DNA from: Promethearchaeota archaeon
Lineage (GTDB): Archaea; Asgardarchaeota; Lokiarchaeia; Sigyniarchaeales; SOKP01
DNA: 64,000 nucleotides
Direction: 5' to 3'
Assembly (NCBI GenBank): GCA_048941265.1
Contig: JBHLNT010000001.1
Location: 32,001-96,000 of the forward strand
Made by a program: the position numbers and the translations under genes. Shown here in pieces: positions 9,841-20,133 of this stretch. The notes below the pieces were generated by a model, which saw nothing but the letters and a program-made list of their open reading frames with translations, was not told where the DNA came from and did not search any database. The stretch's first letter is position 1. The number at the start of each line of letters is the position of its first letter.

Positions 9841-10710
9841 CTATTTTTGAGAATAGATCTGATTGATTGCTTCTTTTAATATGGCAAAAATTTTTTCTCT
9901 ATAATTTGGATTAATTGCAATCATGCCATGAACTTTAATCGGTGAAGGAAGATTCTCAGGTTGGAAGAGAATTTTCTCACAAAATTCGGGAGTGAGCCGA
10001 TTAGGAAGGTCTTGTTTATTAGCAATTCCAATTATCAATGTATCCTTATGATATTTTCCTAAGATATCACTTATGATTTCCTTTGATGCATTTAAATTCT
10101 CAAATGTAGAATCTAATACTAAAAGTGCAATGTGAGTCCCTTCTAATAGACTTCTCCATAATGAGTGAAACTGACGCTGACCAGCAAAGTCCCAGAAAAT
10201 AACTGGTAGATTTCCAAGTTCAGGACTCTCATAATTGGCTATATCAGCAGTTATGGTAGGAACGTATTCTAAGTCAATATCTTTACCGCATATTAAATGT
10301 AGTAGCGTTGTCTTCCCAACCCCTCCATAACCTATAATAGATACCTTAACTGCACCTAATATCACATTATCAATAGCTTTTTCAAATCTGTCAAAAACCG
10401 AACGATCTCCATCCCAAGCCCCACCTTCAAAAACCATCCCATATTCATCAATGAATTTAGCCCTAATGCTATTAATTTTTGAATTTATATGTGCATCATC
10501 ATCTTCCAAATCAGCACATACTACAATAATTAAAGATCCTACAATTGTATAGAAATATTTAAAATCTTCAGTGGCAGTGGATTTTATATCGGATTGGCTA
10601 ATCTCTTTTATAAATCCCGAAAAAGCAGAAAGAAAACCAGATAAAAGATCACGATCTATTTCAGTATCACCATAATTTCTGAAGAATAACGATTTTCCGT
10701 CTTTGAGCAT
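9841..10710 (-). CDS. Longin-domain plus small GTPase (Arf/Rag-like) fusion
   Basis: N-terminal longin-like domain (DGKSLFFR..DLLSGFLSAFSGFIKEI); GYGGVGKTT, YVPTI, WDFAGQ, NKQD; probable true start ATA at 10731. Confidence 0.85.
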   Translation of the reverse strand: MLKDGKSLFFRNYGDTEIDRDLLSGFLSAFSGFIKEISQSDIKSTATEDFKYFYTIVGSLIIVVCADLEDDDAHINSKINSIRAKFIDEYGMVFEGGAWDGDRSVFDRFEKAIDNVILGAVKVSIIGYGGVGKTTLLHLICGKDIDLEYVPTITADIANYESPELGNLPVIFWDFAGQRQFHSLWRSLLEGTHIALLVLDSTFENLNASKEIISDILGKYHKDTLIIGIANKQDLPNRLTPEFCEKILFQPENLPSPIKVHGMIAINPNYREKIFAILKEAINQIYSQK

Positions 10711-10860
10711 TATGTTGACGTATTGTATTATATTTTACCACTTCAGAAGTTTTTTATTTATGTACTATATTATTAAAATATATTTATTAAATAAACTTGA
10801 TAAATTAAAAATTATTTTTTTCCAAAATTTAGATCTTTATTTGAAACAGAGGAATGTTTA

Positions 10861-11487
10861 ATGCCAAAATCGGATGATTTGAATCAGGGAGATATTGCTA
10901 AGTTGATTGAAAATTTAAATGAAAAAATGAACGGATTTTCTTCAATCATTCAAAAGTTCGGATTAGATATTATTACAAAAATGGGGCAAACTAATTCTAA
11001 AATAAAAGTACTTTCTGATAAAGTAGATAAACTTGATAAGACTACTTTAGATTTAAAGGCATTACTTCCAAAATTAACCAATATTATAGATAATCAAAAT
11101 ATTTTGGAATCAGAAATCGATCTTATAAAATCCTTAATTCAAAGAACGAGTACTTCAATGCCACAGAATGAGCTTGAAAGAGAGATTGAAAGAGACGAAT
11201 CTATTACAATGAATAAACAAGAAGTCACTGACCAATTTAAAGAATTACTGAAAATTTTAAATGATACAGAAGAGAACCAAAAGATTAAAAAAGAATTACA
11301 GAAAATAAAGGAAAATATCTTTGAATTTACTGGAGGTCATAAAATTCTTTATGAAATTTCGCAAGTTTTGAACAAAATGAATAATGATCAATCCATTTCC
11401 GAAAGTTTGAGAAAGGAACTTAAGGAAAAAATCGAATTTTGGATTGTTAAGTTGCAAAGCACACCATTTAAAAAAGCAATAAAGTAG
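10861..11487 (+). CDS. Coiled-coil hypothetical protein
   Basis: 208-aa ORF with ATG and upstream GAGG; heptad-rich N-half, helical C-half. Confidence 0.7.
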   Translation: MPKSDDLNQGDIAKLIENLNEKMNGFSSIIQKFGLDIITKMGQTNSKIKVLSDKVDKLDKTTLDLKALLPKLTNIIDNQNILESEIDLIKSLIQRTSTSMPQNELEREIERDESITMNKQEVTDQFKELLKILNDTEENQKIKKELQKIKENIFEFTGGHKILYEISQVLNKMNNDQSISESLRKELKEKIEFWIVKLQSTPFKKAIK

Positions 11488-11538
11488 AAATACTATAATT
11501 CAAAAAGTGGTAAAATATTTAAAATAAAAATTGATTAA

Positions 11539-12108
11539 TTATCCCTTAGTTCTATATGTAAATACTAAGTTAGCAATCTTTTCAAAGATTTCATTAACGC
11601 CATTTCCCGTTAACGCAGAAGTTTCGAAATAAGGTGCATTTAATTCCTCGCTAAGGTGATTTGCCATGGGGAGGATAATCTTTCTTTCATCCTTTAAATC
11701 GATTTTATTTCCGACTAAAATTCGGGGTATCGCGCTAAGTCCATATTTTACTGTGGTATTGTACCAATTCTTAACATTTGAGAATGTGGAACTTCTCGTA
11801 ACATCGAATACAAGCATCATACCATCAGCTCCATTAAAATACGGTTTATGCAGCATGTAGAATTGGGGCTGTCCTGCAACGTCCCAGAGCATTAGATTTA
11901 CTAAAGCCTCTGCACCTTTATCTTTAACTATGACTTGCTCCTTGACAATATTAACACCTACAGTCGGAATATATTGCGTCTTAAATTTTTTTGTAGCAAA
12001 TTTTGTTAGGAGGCTTGTTTTTCCAACCGCCGGATCACCAACCACGATTACCTTAAAGATAGATTCAGTCTTTCCTTGAAATACTATATCTTCATCTTTT
12101 TTCGACAT
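11539..12108 (-). CDS. Rab-like small GTPase
   Basis: G1 GDPAVGKTS, G2 YIPTVG, G3 WDVAGQ, G4 NKID, G5 ETSA; no C-terminal Cys prenylation motif. Confidence 0.95.
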   Translation of the reverse strand: MSKKDEDIVFQGKTESIFKVIVVGDPAVGKTSLLTKFATKKFKTQYIPTVGVNIVKEQVIVKDKGAEALVNLMLWDVAGQPQFYMLHKPYFNGADGMMLVFDVTRSSTFSNVKNWYNTTVKYGLSAIPRILVGNKIDLKDERKIILPMANHLSEELNAPYFETSALTGNGVNEIFEKIANLVFTYRTKG

Positions 12109-12270
12109 AAAGATTACACAATTATTTTTGTATTTTTTTCTGAATTTATTATGAATTAATTATTTAAAATATTTTACATAACTTTAGTTTTTTCATTTTG
12201 ACAGCTAGTTCTTTTAATACTTTAAAAAAGTTACAAAAATATATGGTTAAATTAGATTGCTGAAATAAGA

Positions 12271-12819
12271 TTAGACTTTTAATAAGACTTCTTTAATTAT
12301 TTCAAATCTTGAAAATTTATTATTCTCTCTGGAAATAAAATATACAGAATTTAAAAGAAATCGTAAATCTTTCCAAGAATTTTGTAGTGTTTCTATAATG
12401 TGATCAAGTTTTTCTTTTCCTTTAACCTGACCCACACTTAAATGAGGTGTAAACCCATTTTTGTACTTATTTACATCATCACAATCAGGTACAATTTTAA
12501 GTAATTCCGCTTGAAGTTGAGTAATGGAATTAGTTGGCTCAGGATCTAACCAGATAGTATAATTTTGATGTCGATGACGAAAATACCTTAATTTTCTTAA
12601 AATTATTTCGAAAGAGTGAATTTCTGAACATTTTTTAATAAAACTTTTTTCTAAATCGTCAAATTCAGCTTTAGAGCGAAATGGATATAGTAAAGTGATA
12701 TGGGGCATCCATCTATGAATATGACGATCATAAATTTGCCGTATAGTTTGAATTGGGTCCCATAATTCCTTCGGTGGGATGATTACACACGCAGATGTAT
12801 GCACTTTATTCATAATCAA
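12271..12819 (-). CDS. 2H phosphoesterase / 2'-5' RNA ligase family protein
   Basis: Two HxT/S motifs: PHITL and PHLSV. Confidence 0.88.
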   Translation of the reverse strand: MIMNKVHTSACVIIPPKELWDPIQTIRQIYDRHIHRWMPHITLLYPFRSKAEFDDLEKSFIKKCSEIHSFEIILRKLRYFRHRHQNYTIWLDPEPTNSITQLQAELLKIVPDCDDVNKYKNGFTPHLSVGQVKGKEKLDHIIETLQNSWKDLRFLLNSVYFISRENNKFSRFEIIKEVLLKV

Positions 12820-12914
12820 ATTCTCAATTATTCTTTAAGCAAGGGAAATATTAAAATTATAAGGGTAGCTATTATTTAATTCATATAAGAAATAAAAAAA
12901 AAAGAAAATCTTAT

Positions 12915-13421
12915 ATGAAAATTAGACAAAGGCATTTCATAAAATCCTCTGAAATTAAAGTTCTTCAAGAGGAAATACTTAAAGAACATAGTAACGATTT
13001 TGTGAATCAAATATTTCCCAAAAAATGTAGAGTTGAACTTATTCTTACTGAAAAGGGGGATACCCTATATGCTATCAACAATGTATTGAAATTATGGAAA
13101 TCAAATGAAGGTTATATTCCAGTCCTAACCCTTTTATTAGAGAATAAGGTTAATTTAAAAACAATAGTTGTCGACATGGGCGCTGTGAGATTTGTTACCA
13201 ATGGAGCCGATATCATGCGTCCTGGTATTACAAAAATCGATCCTCAAATCAAGAAAGGCGATCTAGTAAAAATTGTTGATGAGAAGAATAATCGCGCGTT
13301 AGCTGTAGGTAAAGCTATGTTTAATTCCGCAGAAATGGAGAAAATAACCTCGGGAAAAGTGATAAAAAACCTGCATACGATAAATGATGATATATGGCGG
13401 TTTGAAAAACAATTTGGGTGA
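12915..13421 (+). CDS. Archaeal pre-PUA plus PUA RNA-binding protein (MCTS1-like)
   Basis: VVDMGAVRFVTNGADIMRPGI..GKVIKNLH..DDIW. Confidence 0.9.
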   Translation: MKIRQRHFIKSSEIKVLQEEILKEHSNDFVNQIFPKKCRVELILTEKGDTLYAINNVLKLWKSNEGYIPVLTLLLENKVNLKTIVVDMGAVRFVTNGADIMRPGITKIDPQIKKGDLVKIVDEKNNRALAVGKAMFNSAEMEKITSGKVIKNLHTINDDIWRFEKQFG

Positions 13422-13452
13422 AACTGTTAAGTTCAAAAGAAAATTATCAAAT

Positions 13453-13743
13453 TTAAGAAAAAATCTCCTCTCTTAAAATTGAAATAGCAACCTCTTTTTT
13501 TCCATCATTTAATTCATTTATATTTTTACTCTTATGATGATAAGAATCTTTTAGATATTCATCAAATAGAGCCATAATTACAATTAACGCATTTTGAACG
13601 AATAATTTATTATCTTTATCATTAATCTTATACATTAATTCCGTTATTTGGTGGCTTTTCCATAATTCTAATTTAATTGGCTCATTACGAAGGGAATTAA
13701 AATTTTGAAATAAATGATCATAAAATTCCCCTTCGTTAGACAT
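13453..13743 (-). CDS. Small helical hypothetical protein (paralog of 14702..14998)
   Basis: Shares ITELM..NKxFVQNALIVIxAL..ILxxEI with 14702..14998. Confidence 0.7.
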   Translation of the reverse strand: MSNEGEFYDHLFQNFNSLRNEPIKLELWKSHQITELMYKINDKDNKLFVQNALIVIMALFDEYLKDSYHHKSKNINELNDGKKEVAISILREEIFS

Positions 13744-13912
13744 AACATGCTTATTAATTTAAAATTATAATATAAGCTAGACTTTTTAAACGAATTATGT
13801 CCTACTATAACGTAAAATAGAATAACATACTAGATTTCTGATAAGGGTCTTAAAAAGAAAAATTAATTTTATTTCTCATAATAGAATGAATTAATAAAAC
13901 ATTTTTTAAAGT

Positions 13913-14395
13913 GTGATTAAAATGGAAGAGAATTATAACTTTAATTTAGGTAAATTAAAGATAAATCAATTGGGATATCTATATAAAAATATAGAAAAGC
14001 AAATAAAAATCATGGAATCTTTATATGGATGTCCTAAATTTGCAATCTTTGAGAATAAAGATAATATTTTTAAATATCGTGGAAATGATTCGAAAATTAC
14101 TACGCGGATCGCTATAAGTCGTTTATTCAATACACAAATCGAATTAATTCAACTAATTGAGGGGGAATGTATTTTTAAAGAATTTATGGATAGTGGAAGG
14201 GAAGGACTTCATCATTTTGGTATTTTTGTTGAAGATCTAGAACCCTATATTAAGGAATTTAAAAAAAAAGGGATTGATGTGGTACATGCGGGTCAGACTG
14301 GAAAACAGAAGGTAGCTTATTTGGATACTGAAAAAACATTTGGCGTGTATCTTGAATTTCAGCAGACTATAAAAAGGAAAAAGAAAAAATCCTAA
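13913..14395 (+). CDS. VOC/glyoxalase family protein (methylmalonyl-CoA epimerase-like)
   Basis: INQLG, QIELIQ, EGLHHFG, YLDT..GVYLEF; ATG at 13922 is a likely start. Confidence 0.85.
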   Translation: MIKMEENYNFNLGKLKINQLGYLYKNIEKQIKIMESLYGCPKFAIFENKDNIFKYRGNDSKITTRIAISRLFNTQIELIQLIEGECIFKEFMDSGREGLHHFGIFVEDLEPYIKEFKKKGIDVVHAGQTGKQKVAYLDTEKTFGVYLEFQQTIKRKKKKS

Positions 14396-14463
14396 GGGAT
14401 TTTTTAAAAATTTAAAAAGATTGAAAAAAATAAGAAATTCAAAAAAAAATAATTCCCTTCACT

Positions 14464-14676
14464 TTATTTTTCATGTAATAATTTGTTTCTCTTCGCCTTG
14501 TAGTCCGGACAAATCATAAAACTAGGGAAGGTATTACACAATGAATCGTTTTTAGGTAATGTGCATTTGTCATAAAATGCACAAATAAATTCAATCTCTA
14601 AATTAGACTCATTTTTATCCATTGTATTTATTTTTGGTGTTTTTTCTGGTAAATCTTCCATAATATTCGCATCCAA
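14464..14676 (-). CDS. Small Cys4 protein, unknown function
   Basis: CAFYDKC..C..CPDY; TTG start with upstream AGGTG; co-oriented with 14702..14998. Confidence 0.6.
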   Translation of the reverse strand: MDANIMEDLPEKTPKINTMDKNESNLEIEFICAFYDKCTLPKNDSLCNTFPSFMICPDYKAKRNKLLHEK

Positions 14677-14701
14677 TATATAAAGACACCTTTAAAATTA
14701 C

Positions 14702-14998
14702 TTAAATTGAAATTTCTTGCTTTAAAATACTATTTAGGGTTTCTTGCTCTTGTTTGGAAATTTCTTTCAAATCTCTTCCTTTTCTCATTGGAAAATCTGG
14801 TATATAATCCTCCAAGAGGGCAATTATAACAATTAACGCGTTTTGTACAAAGTCCTTATTTTTATTCTCATCTAAGAGAATCATTAATTCGATTATTTTT
14901 TTACATATCAATAGCAATATTTTCTCACTATTTTCATTAATTTGTGAAAATTTTTCCAATACATCAATAAAAAATTGAGTCTCATATTCCTTTTCCAA
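14702..14998 (-). CDS. Small helical hypothetical protein (paralog of 13453..13743)
   Basis: FVQNALIVIIALLED motif shared with 13453..13743. Confidence 0.7.
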   Translation of the reverse strand: MEKEYETQFFIDVLEKFSQINENSEKILLLICKKIIELMILLDENKNKDFVQNALIVIIALLEDYIPDFPMRKGRDLKEISKQEQETLNSILKQEISI

Positions 14999-15408
14999 TC
15001 TAATTTAACAACCCTTACCCTAATGACTTTTAACTTTTAAAAAGAAGAAAAAAATTTAAAATAAAAAAGTGCTGTATTTTTCTAATTTTTCGAGATAGAA
15101 GTACAACAAATTCCAATAGAAAGTGACCTTAAGAAAATAGTCTGTAGTATTCTCTACATTAGTTTTTACTGGTTTATTTATAAATAAAAACAGTTCTATT
15201 TAAAATATGATAAGGTGTGGTAATATGAATAATTTGAAACGTTCAATTAAATATTCATATTATCTATATACCATTTAAAATATGATCTGTGTAATATATG
15301 GTTCTATAATTGAAATATCATTATATTATTTGGATCTTATTCTAAGGATTGCTATTTGATATATGAAGATGATTCTTAGAAAATATAATAAAATAACAAA
15401 AAGGTCGT

Positions 15409-15729
15409 GTGTATAACAGAATGAGTATGTATCGATCCTATCTTTTAAAGAATAATTTTTGGGCAAAAAAAGGAAATGAAAAGGAAGACTTTCAAAATAA
15501 AGAAAAAGTCTTCATCAAACATAATGAAAATATTGGAGGAATCTATGCAATAATTCAAGAGGGAGATAATAGAGGTGTTAAAATTATAGCTAGTGGTGAA
15601 GAACATTTCTTCAATAACTTTGACAGTCTGGATACGTTTTTAAACAGCTTGACACAAAGACAAGATGATTTCATCAAGATTTTGAAAAGAAAGAATATTT
15701 CTAAGCGTTTGAGAAAGTTGGATATATAA
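15409..15729 (+). CDS. Hypothetical protein
   Basis: Open frame of protein-like composition filling the gap before the MFS gene; start uncertain. Confidence 0.55.
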   Translation: MYNRMSMYRSYLLKNNFWAKKGNEKEDFQNKEKVFIKHNENIGGIYAIIQEGDNRGVKIIASGEEHFFNNFDSLDTFLNSLTQRQDDFIKILKRKNISKRLRKLDI

Positions 15730-15850
15730 ATAAATTAGCTTTTTTGATTTTTTCATATTCTTTTATTGTCAAAATTTTTACTAAATTAAATAATGTTAAG
15801 ATCATTAATACTTTCAATAGTCAAATCGGTTTTTAAGGGATAAATTTAGA

Positions 15851-17071
15851 ATGGAAAAAAATTTCCAAAAAAGATATTATTTAATATTTTTCTCTACAAT
15901 TCTTGGACCACTTACAACAAATTCATTAGTTCCAATCTTTGAGGATTTAAGACTTAATTTTGGTTTAAATTCAATTGCTTTAGTTTCGCTAGCAATTTCA
16001 TTTTATATTCTTCCCTTCGCTGTTTTCCAATTATTTGCGGGAACTTTTTCTGATATTGTTGATAAAAAAATTGTTTTAATAATAGGATTTATTATTTTTA
16101 TATTAGGTTTGCTATTAAGTTTAATAGCCGTTTTAATTAAAGTGTTCTATTTATTTCTCTTTGGGTTTTTAATCCAAGGAATTGGTTTTTCTTTTATCAA
16201 TCCTACAATTTTGGCAATATTGAGTATAATTTCTCCTGAAGATAAAAAGGGGATAAATATGGGAATTTATAACTCTTCATCAGGATTAGGTGTAAGTCTA
16301 GGAGCTCTTTTATCTGGATTTCTTGCTAATAATTTTAAGAGCGGTTGGGTTCTATTATTTATAATTAATCCCATCATAGCTTTCTTAGCGTTAATATTAT
16401 TATTAATAGCATTAAAAAAATGCGAACCTCTAATTTGTAGAACTTTTGAGACAACAATAAAACATTCTGCAAATGATAAACCTTCTAAACTCTTTGCTAC
16501 TTTTCAACAATTAAAAGATAATTTAAAGCTACCCATCCTTTTATTAGGTACTGCGGGATTCATCTGCTTTTTTATAGTTATAACATTGACGAATACTTTA
16601 AATGAACAATTACGGATTTCATTATCTGGTTTAAGTGAACAAGAAGTCATTTTTTATGTGAGTTTGATTTTAACAATAAACGGATTGATATCTGTGCTCT
16701 TATCTCCTATAACTGGTTTAATGTTAAAAAAAATTAATCCAAATATAATGCTAGGTATAGGTTTTTTACTTATGTTTACAATGATTTTTATGCCTTATGG
16801 TACTTCCATAACTGATTTTATGGTTATTAGTTTCATAACGTACATTGGTTCAGCATTTGTTTGGCCTGCGTTATTTAAAATTTCGATGAATATAAATCCT
16901 GAGGCAGAGGGTACAAATTCTGCCATAATAAATAGCTTAAGATTCATAGGTTATTCTTTAGTAGGCCCATTTTACTTATTCTTTGGAATTCCTATTATCT
17001 ATTTTTGGGTGATTAGTCTTAATTTTGTAGCAATTATCGTAGTTATCATGTTAAGCAAATTGAAAGTTTAG
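15851..17071 (+). CDS. MFS transporter (drug:H+ antiporter-like)
   Basis: About 12 TM helices; GTFSDIVDKK motif A variant. Confidence 0.9.
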   Translation: MEKNFQKRYYLIFFSTILGPLTTNSLVPIFEDLRLNFGLNSIALVSLAISFYILPFAVFQLFAGTFSDIVDKKIVLIIGFIIFILGLLLSLIAVLIKVFYLFLFGFLIQGIGFSFINPTILAILSIISPEDKKGINMGIYNSSSGLGVSLGALLSGFLANNFKSGWVLLFIINPIIAFLALILLLIALKKCEPLICRTFETTIKHSANDKPSKLFATFQQLKDNLKLPILLLGTAGFICFFIVITLTNTLNEQLRISLSGLSEQEVIFYVSLILTINGLISVLLSPITGLMLKKINPNIMLGIGFLLMFTMIFMPYGTSITDFMVISFITYIGSAFVWPALFKISMNINPEAEGTNSAIINSLRFIGYSLVGPFYLFFGIPIIYFWVISLNFVAIIVVIMLSKLKV

Positions 17072-17078
17072 AAAAAGA

Positions 17079-18506
17079 TTATTTAATTTGGTTTTTACGT
17101 GCTTCTAAAATTTTAGCTCTTTCATTTAGGATATTTCTTACTGTTTTTGAATCCTCTGGATACCATTTCAACGTAAAGAGCCATACCATAATGCCCGGGA
17201 TTATAAATACCAATAACATTAAAATCGTTAATTGGTAATTAGTTCCAGTCATAACTAATAATATTCCTACTATAATTGCTCCCAAGCCCCACCCTATACT
17301 CTCAACCAGTTGATTCCAAGACACTATCTTGCCCTGGGCTTCAGGTAAATTTATTTCTTGTATAAGGGGAGCTTGATTTACCATGAATAAGCTCCCAATC
17401 ACGTTTGATGTAAAAAACAGCATACCCATTACCCAAATTATTGGTAGAGAAAATAAATATGGAATGTCTTGTCCTTCAGATACAGAAAAATGAGGCAACG
17501 GAATAAAAAAGATAGCCACAAAACTTACCATTCCAAAACTTAGCGAGAAGATTATAAAATAAATTCTCCTAATTGGATGTTCTTTGCAAACTTTATCAGA
17601 GAGCCAACCAAAAGCTAATTGCCCGATTAATCCTGCGGTTAATCCAAACACAATCATAAAGACCGCAGTAAATATAGGGGAAAGATTATGAGGAGGAGTT
17701 TGAATATAAGGCAAAATTAACAGAATGGCACTTCCCATTAGAATATTCGAAGAAATACCCTCTACTAGGGCAACTATATTAGTTTTGCTGAACATGGTTT
17801 TTTTCATCATTTCACGATCAATTTGAAAATCATACTTAATATCATCATGTTTAAGAATCTGCATTAATTCTATTTGTTGAGCACCTCTCTTTGGCTCATC
17901 CATATGTATGAAAAAGATGAATCCAGCAAGTACTATTAATACGCCTAAACCCCAAAAATATTCCCTCCAAAAACCATATTGGACAAAAAAGGAAGCTACT
18001 AAAAATCCAAATGTCATAAATAATCCCATCATGAGCCCCATGACGCCAAAAAAACGTGATCTATGGGATTTTGGAACCAGATCATTTGAGAGAGAAGCAA
18101 TTGAGGGCCACGATCCCCCTGCGAATAAAGCAAAAATGAATATAAAAAATAAGAAATAAAGCCATGTCTCAAAACCTTTTCCCTCTTCCGCAAAACCCAA
18201 CATAGCAATGCTAAAACCTCTAAAAATGGAAATCATAAAGAGGATTTTCGTACGACTAAATTTATCGATTAACATTCCAAAAAAAAGACCGCATAAAGAG
18301 GAAACCCAAAATAATACAGTTAACAATATCCCAATTTCTAAGGCATGATAGGGCTCATCTGGCCACATTATAAGAGATAATTGAACAATTAAGATGGTGA
18401 AACCAGCATAGGCCAAAGTTTGAAGACCTCCCAGGAGATAGAGAGACCAAAAAGTTCCATGTATTGAGAATTCTGAATTTGATGTATCAGCAGGTTCCTC
18501 TGGCAT
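17079..18506 (-). CDS. MFS transporter (Spinster-like)
   Basis: About 12 TMs; GMLIDKFSR and GWLSDK motif A; EPKRG after TM6 as I recall in Spinster-family MFS. Confidence 0.85.
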   Translation of the reverse strand: MPEEPADTSNSEFSIHGTFWSLYLLGGLQTLAYAGFTILIVQLSLIMWPDEPYHALEIGILLTVLFWVSSLCGLFFGMLIDKFSRTKILFMISIFRGFSIAMLGFAEEGKGFETWLYFLFFIFIFALFAGGSWPSIASLSNDLVPKSHRSRFFGVMGLMMGLFMTFGFLVASFFVQYGFWREYFWGLGVLIVLAGFIFFIHMDEPKRGAQQIELMQILKHDDIKYDFQIDREMMKKTMFSKTNIVALVEGISSNILMGSAILLILPYIQTPPHNLSPIFTAVFMIVFGLTAGLIGQLAFGWLSDKVCKEHPIRRIYFIIFSLSFGMVSFVAIFFIPLPHFSVSEGQDIPYLFSLPIIWVMGMLFFTSNVIGSLFMVNQAPLIQEINLPEAQGKIVSWNQLVESIGWGLGAIIVGILLVMTGTNYQLTILMLLVFIIPGIMVWLFTLKWYPEDSKTVRNILNERAKILEARKNQIK

Positions 18507-18729
18507 AATTTTTTTATACCATATTATCTTTTTAGTTTTAAACTGTAGAATGAGATTTCAAATTTTAAGATATTGAAAAGTAAATATGAGAATTAACCAT
18601 TATTATAAGATAAGACTTAAGAAAAAAATTTGAGATTTAAAATACGATGTAATTTTTTGATACTTATTTTTATAAACCTTGATCTCGTTTATATTTACAA
18701 TGTCTTATAAATAAATTAAATTTAATAAA

Positions 18730-20133
18730 ATGAGCGTATCTCAAAAACAAAATGTAGGTTCTGATGAATCTAGATATTCTTCTAAAATTCATTTATCATA
18801 TAGCCTTGGGAGCTTTTTCGACACTTTTTACGTGGCAAGTTTTACTGTCCGCGTTATATATTTTTACGAGAATGAACTCTTCTTATCCATTGTATTGATA
18901 GGTACTGCTTTTATTATATATGGTTTTTGGAATATGATCAACGATCCTTTGATTGGGTGGTTTGCAGATAAAGAAACGCGATTTACTAAGCGATGGGGTC
19001 GGAGATTTCCATGGTTTTTTATAGGCGCTATAAGTATAAATTTTGTTTATATTTTTATATATACAGTTCCTGTTAACGATCAATTAGGAATGTTTATATG
19101 GCTGCTGGTAATTATTTGTTTATTTGAATTATGTTATTCTCTTTGGCAAGTTAGTTGGCTTTCTCTCTATCCCGATAAGTTTCGCTCCCAGAAGGAACGA
19201 ACGAAATTAGGAGCATTAACTACCATATTTGGTCAATTAGGGACAGTTATGGGAATTGTGATTCCTCCTTTATTTATCATATATGGAAATGTCGAATCTT
19301 ATATTTTTGCCGCGATAGCAGTAGCTATTATTTCGCTTATAATCGCCTTGCTCATTATTCCAGGTATGCACGAGGATGAAGATATAATCGCACGCGAACT
19401 TAAAAACATCCAAGAACAAAAGAAAGAAGAGGAATCGTACTTACAAATAGTAAAATTCTCTATGAAGGAAAAAAATTTTGTCGCTTATGTTCTATGGTAT
19501 CTTTGCTATTATATGCTTCCCTTATTGATGCTCTCATCACTTTCTTATTGGGTCATTTATATTGTAAAATATAGAAATCCAATGATAGAAACATTATTAG
19601 CGGGGATTTTTATGATAGGTGCCTTAGTATCAGTTCCGTTATGGTTAAAAATGGGGAGAAAGTTTGGTATACGAAAGATTTACATTTATGGGAGTTTGAT
19701 GGCTTCAATTTGCTTTATTCCGCTGATATTCGTTTCTGATCTAACTCTCACTCTTACATTTCTTTTTCTAATTGGATTTTTCTATGGATCTTGTTGGACA
19801 TTATTATATCCCGGATTCTCTGAGGTAATGGATGAGCTTGTGGTCAAAAGTGGAGAACGTAGAGAAGGTGCTTACACAGGAATTAGAACCTTTATTGGAC
19901 GGTTGTCCTTTGTGCTACAAGCGGTCATTTTCTCAATAGTTCATACCACCACAAAATTCGAAGCTGGAGCAGAAACCCAAAAACCATTAGCATTATGGGG
20001 AATACGAATTATCATGGTAATAGCTCCAATGGTATTTCTTTTCATTGGTTTCCTTCTTATGGCAATCTTCTATGATCTTACCCCCGAAAAAGTGAACGCT
20101 AATAAAGCTCTATTGAAAGAAAAGAATTTTTAA
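18730..20133 (+). CDS. GPH / MFS_2 cation symporter (MelB/MFSD2-like)
   Basis: WNMINDPLIGWFAD..RWGRRFPW, GERREGAY. Confidence 0.92.
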   Translation: MSVSQKQNVGSDESRYSSKIHLSYSLGSFFDTFYVASFTVRVIYFYENELFLSIVLIGTAFIIYGFWNMINDPLIGWFADKETRFTKRWGRRFPWFFIGAISINFVYIFIYTVPVNDQLGMFIWLLVIICLFELCYSLWQVSWLSLYPDKFRSQKERTKLGALTTIFGQLGTVMGIVIPPLFIIYGNVESYIFAAIAVAIISLIIALLIIPGMHEDEDIIARELKNIQEQKKEEESYLQIVKFSMKEKNFVAYVLWYLCYYMLPLLMLSSLSYWVIYIVKYRNPMIETLLAGIFMIGALVSVPLWLKMGRKFGIRKIYIYGSLMASICFIPLIFVSDLTLTLTFLFLIGFFYGSCWTLLYPGFSEVMDELVVKSGERREGAYTGIRTFIGRLSFVLQAVIFSIVHTTTKFEAGAETQKPLALWGIRIIMVIAPMVFLFIGFLLMAIFYDLTPEKVNANKALLKEKNF

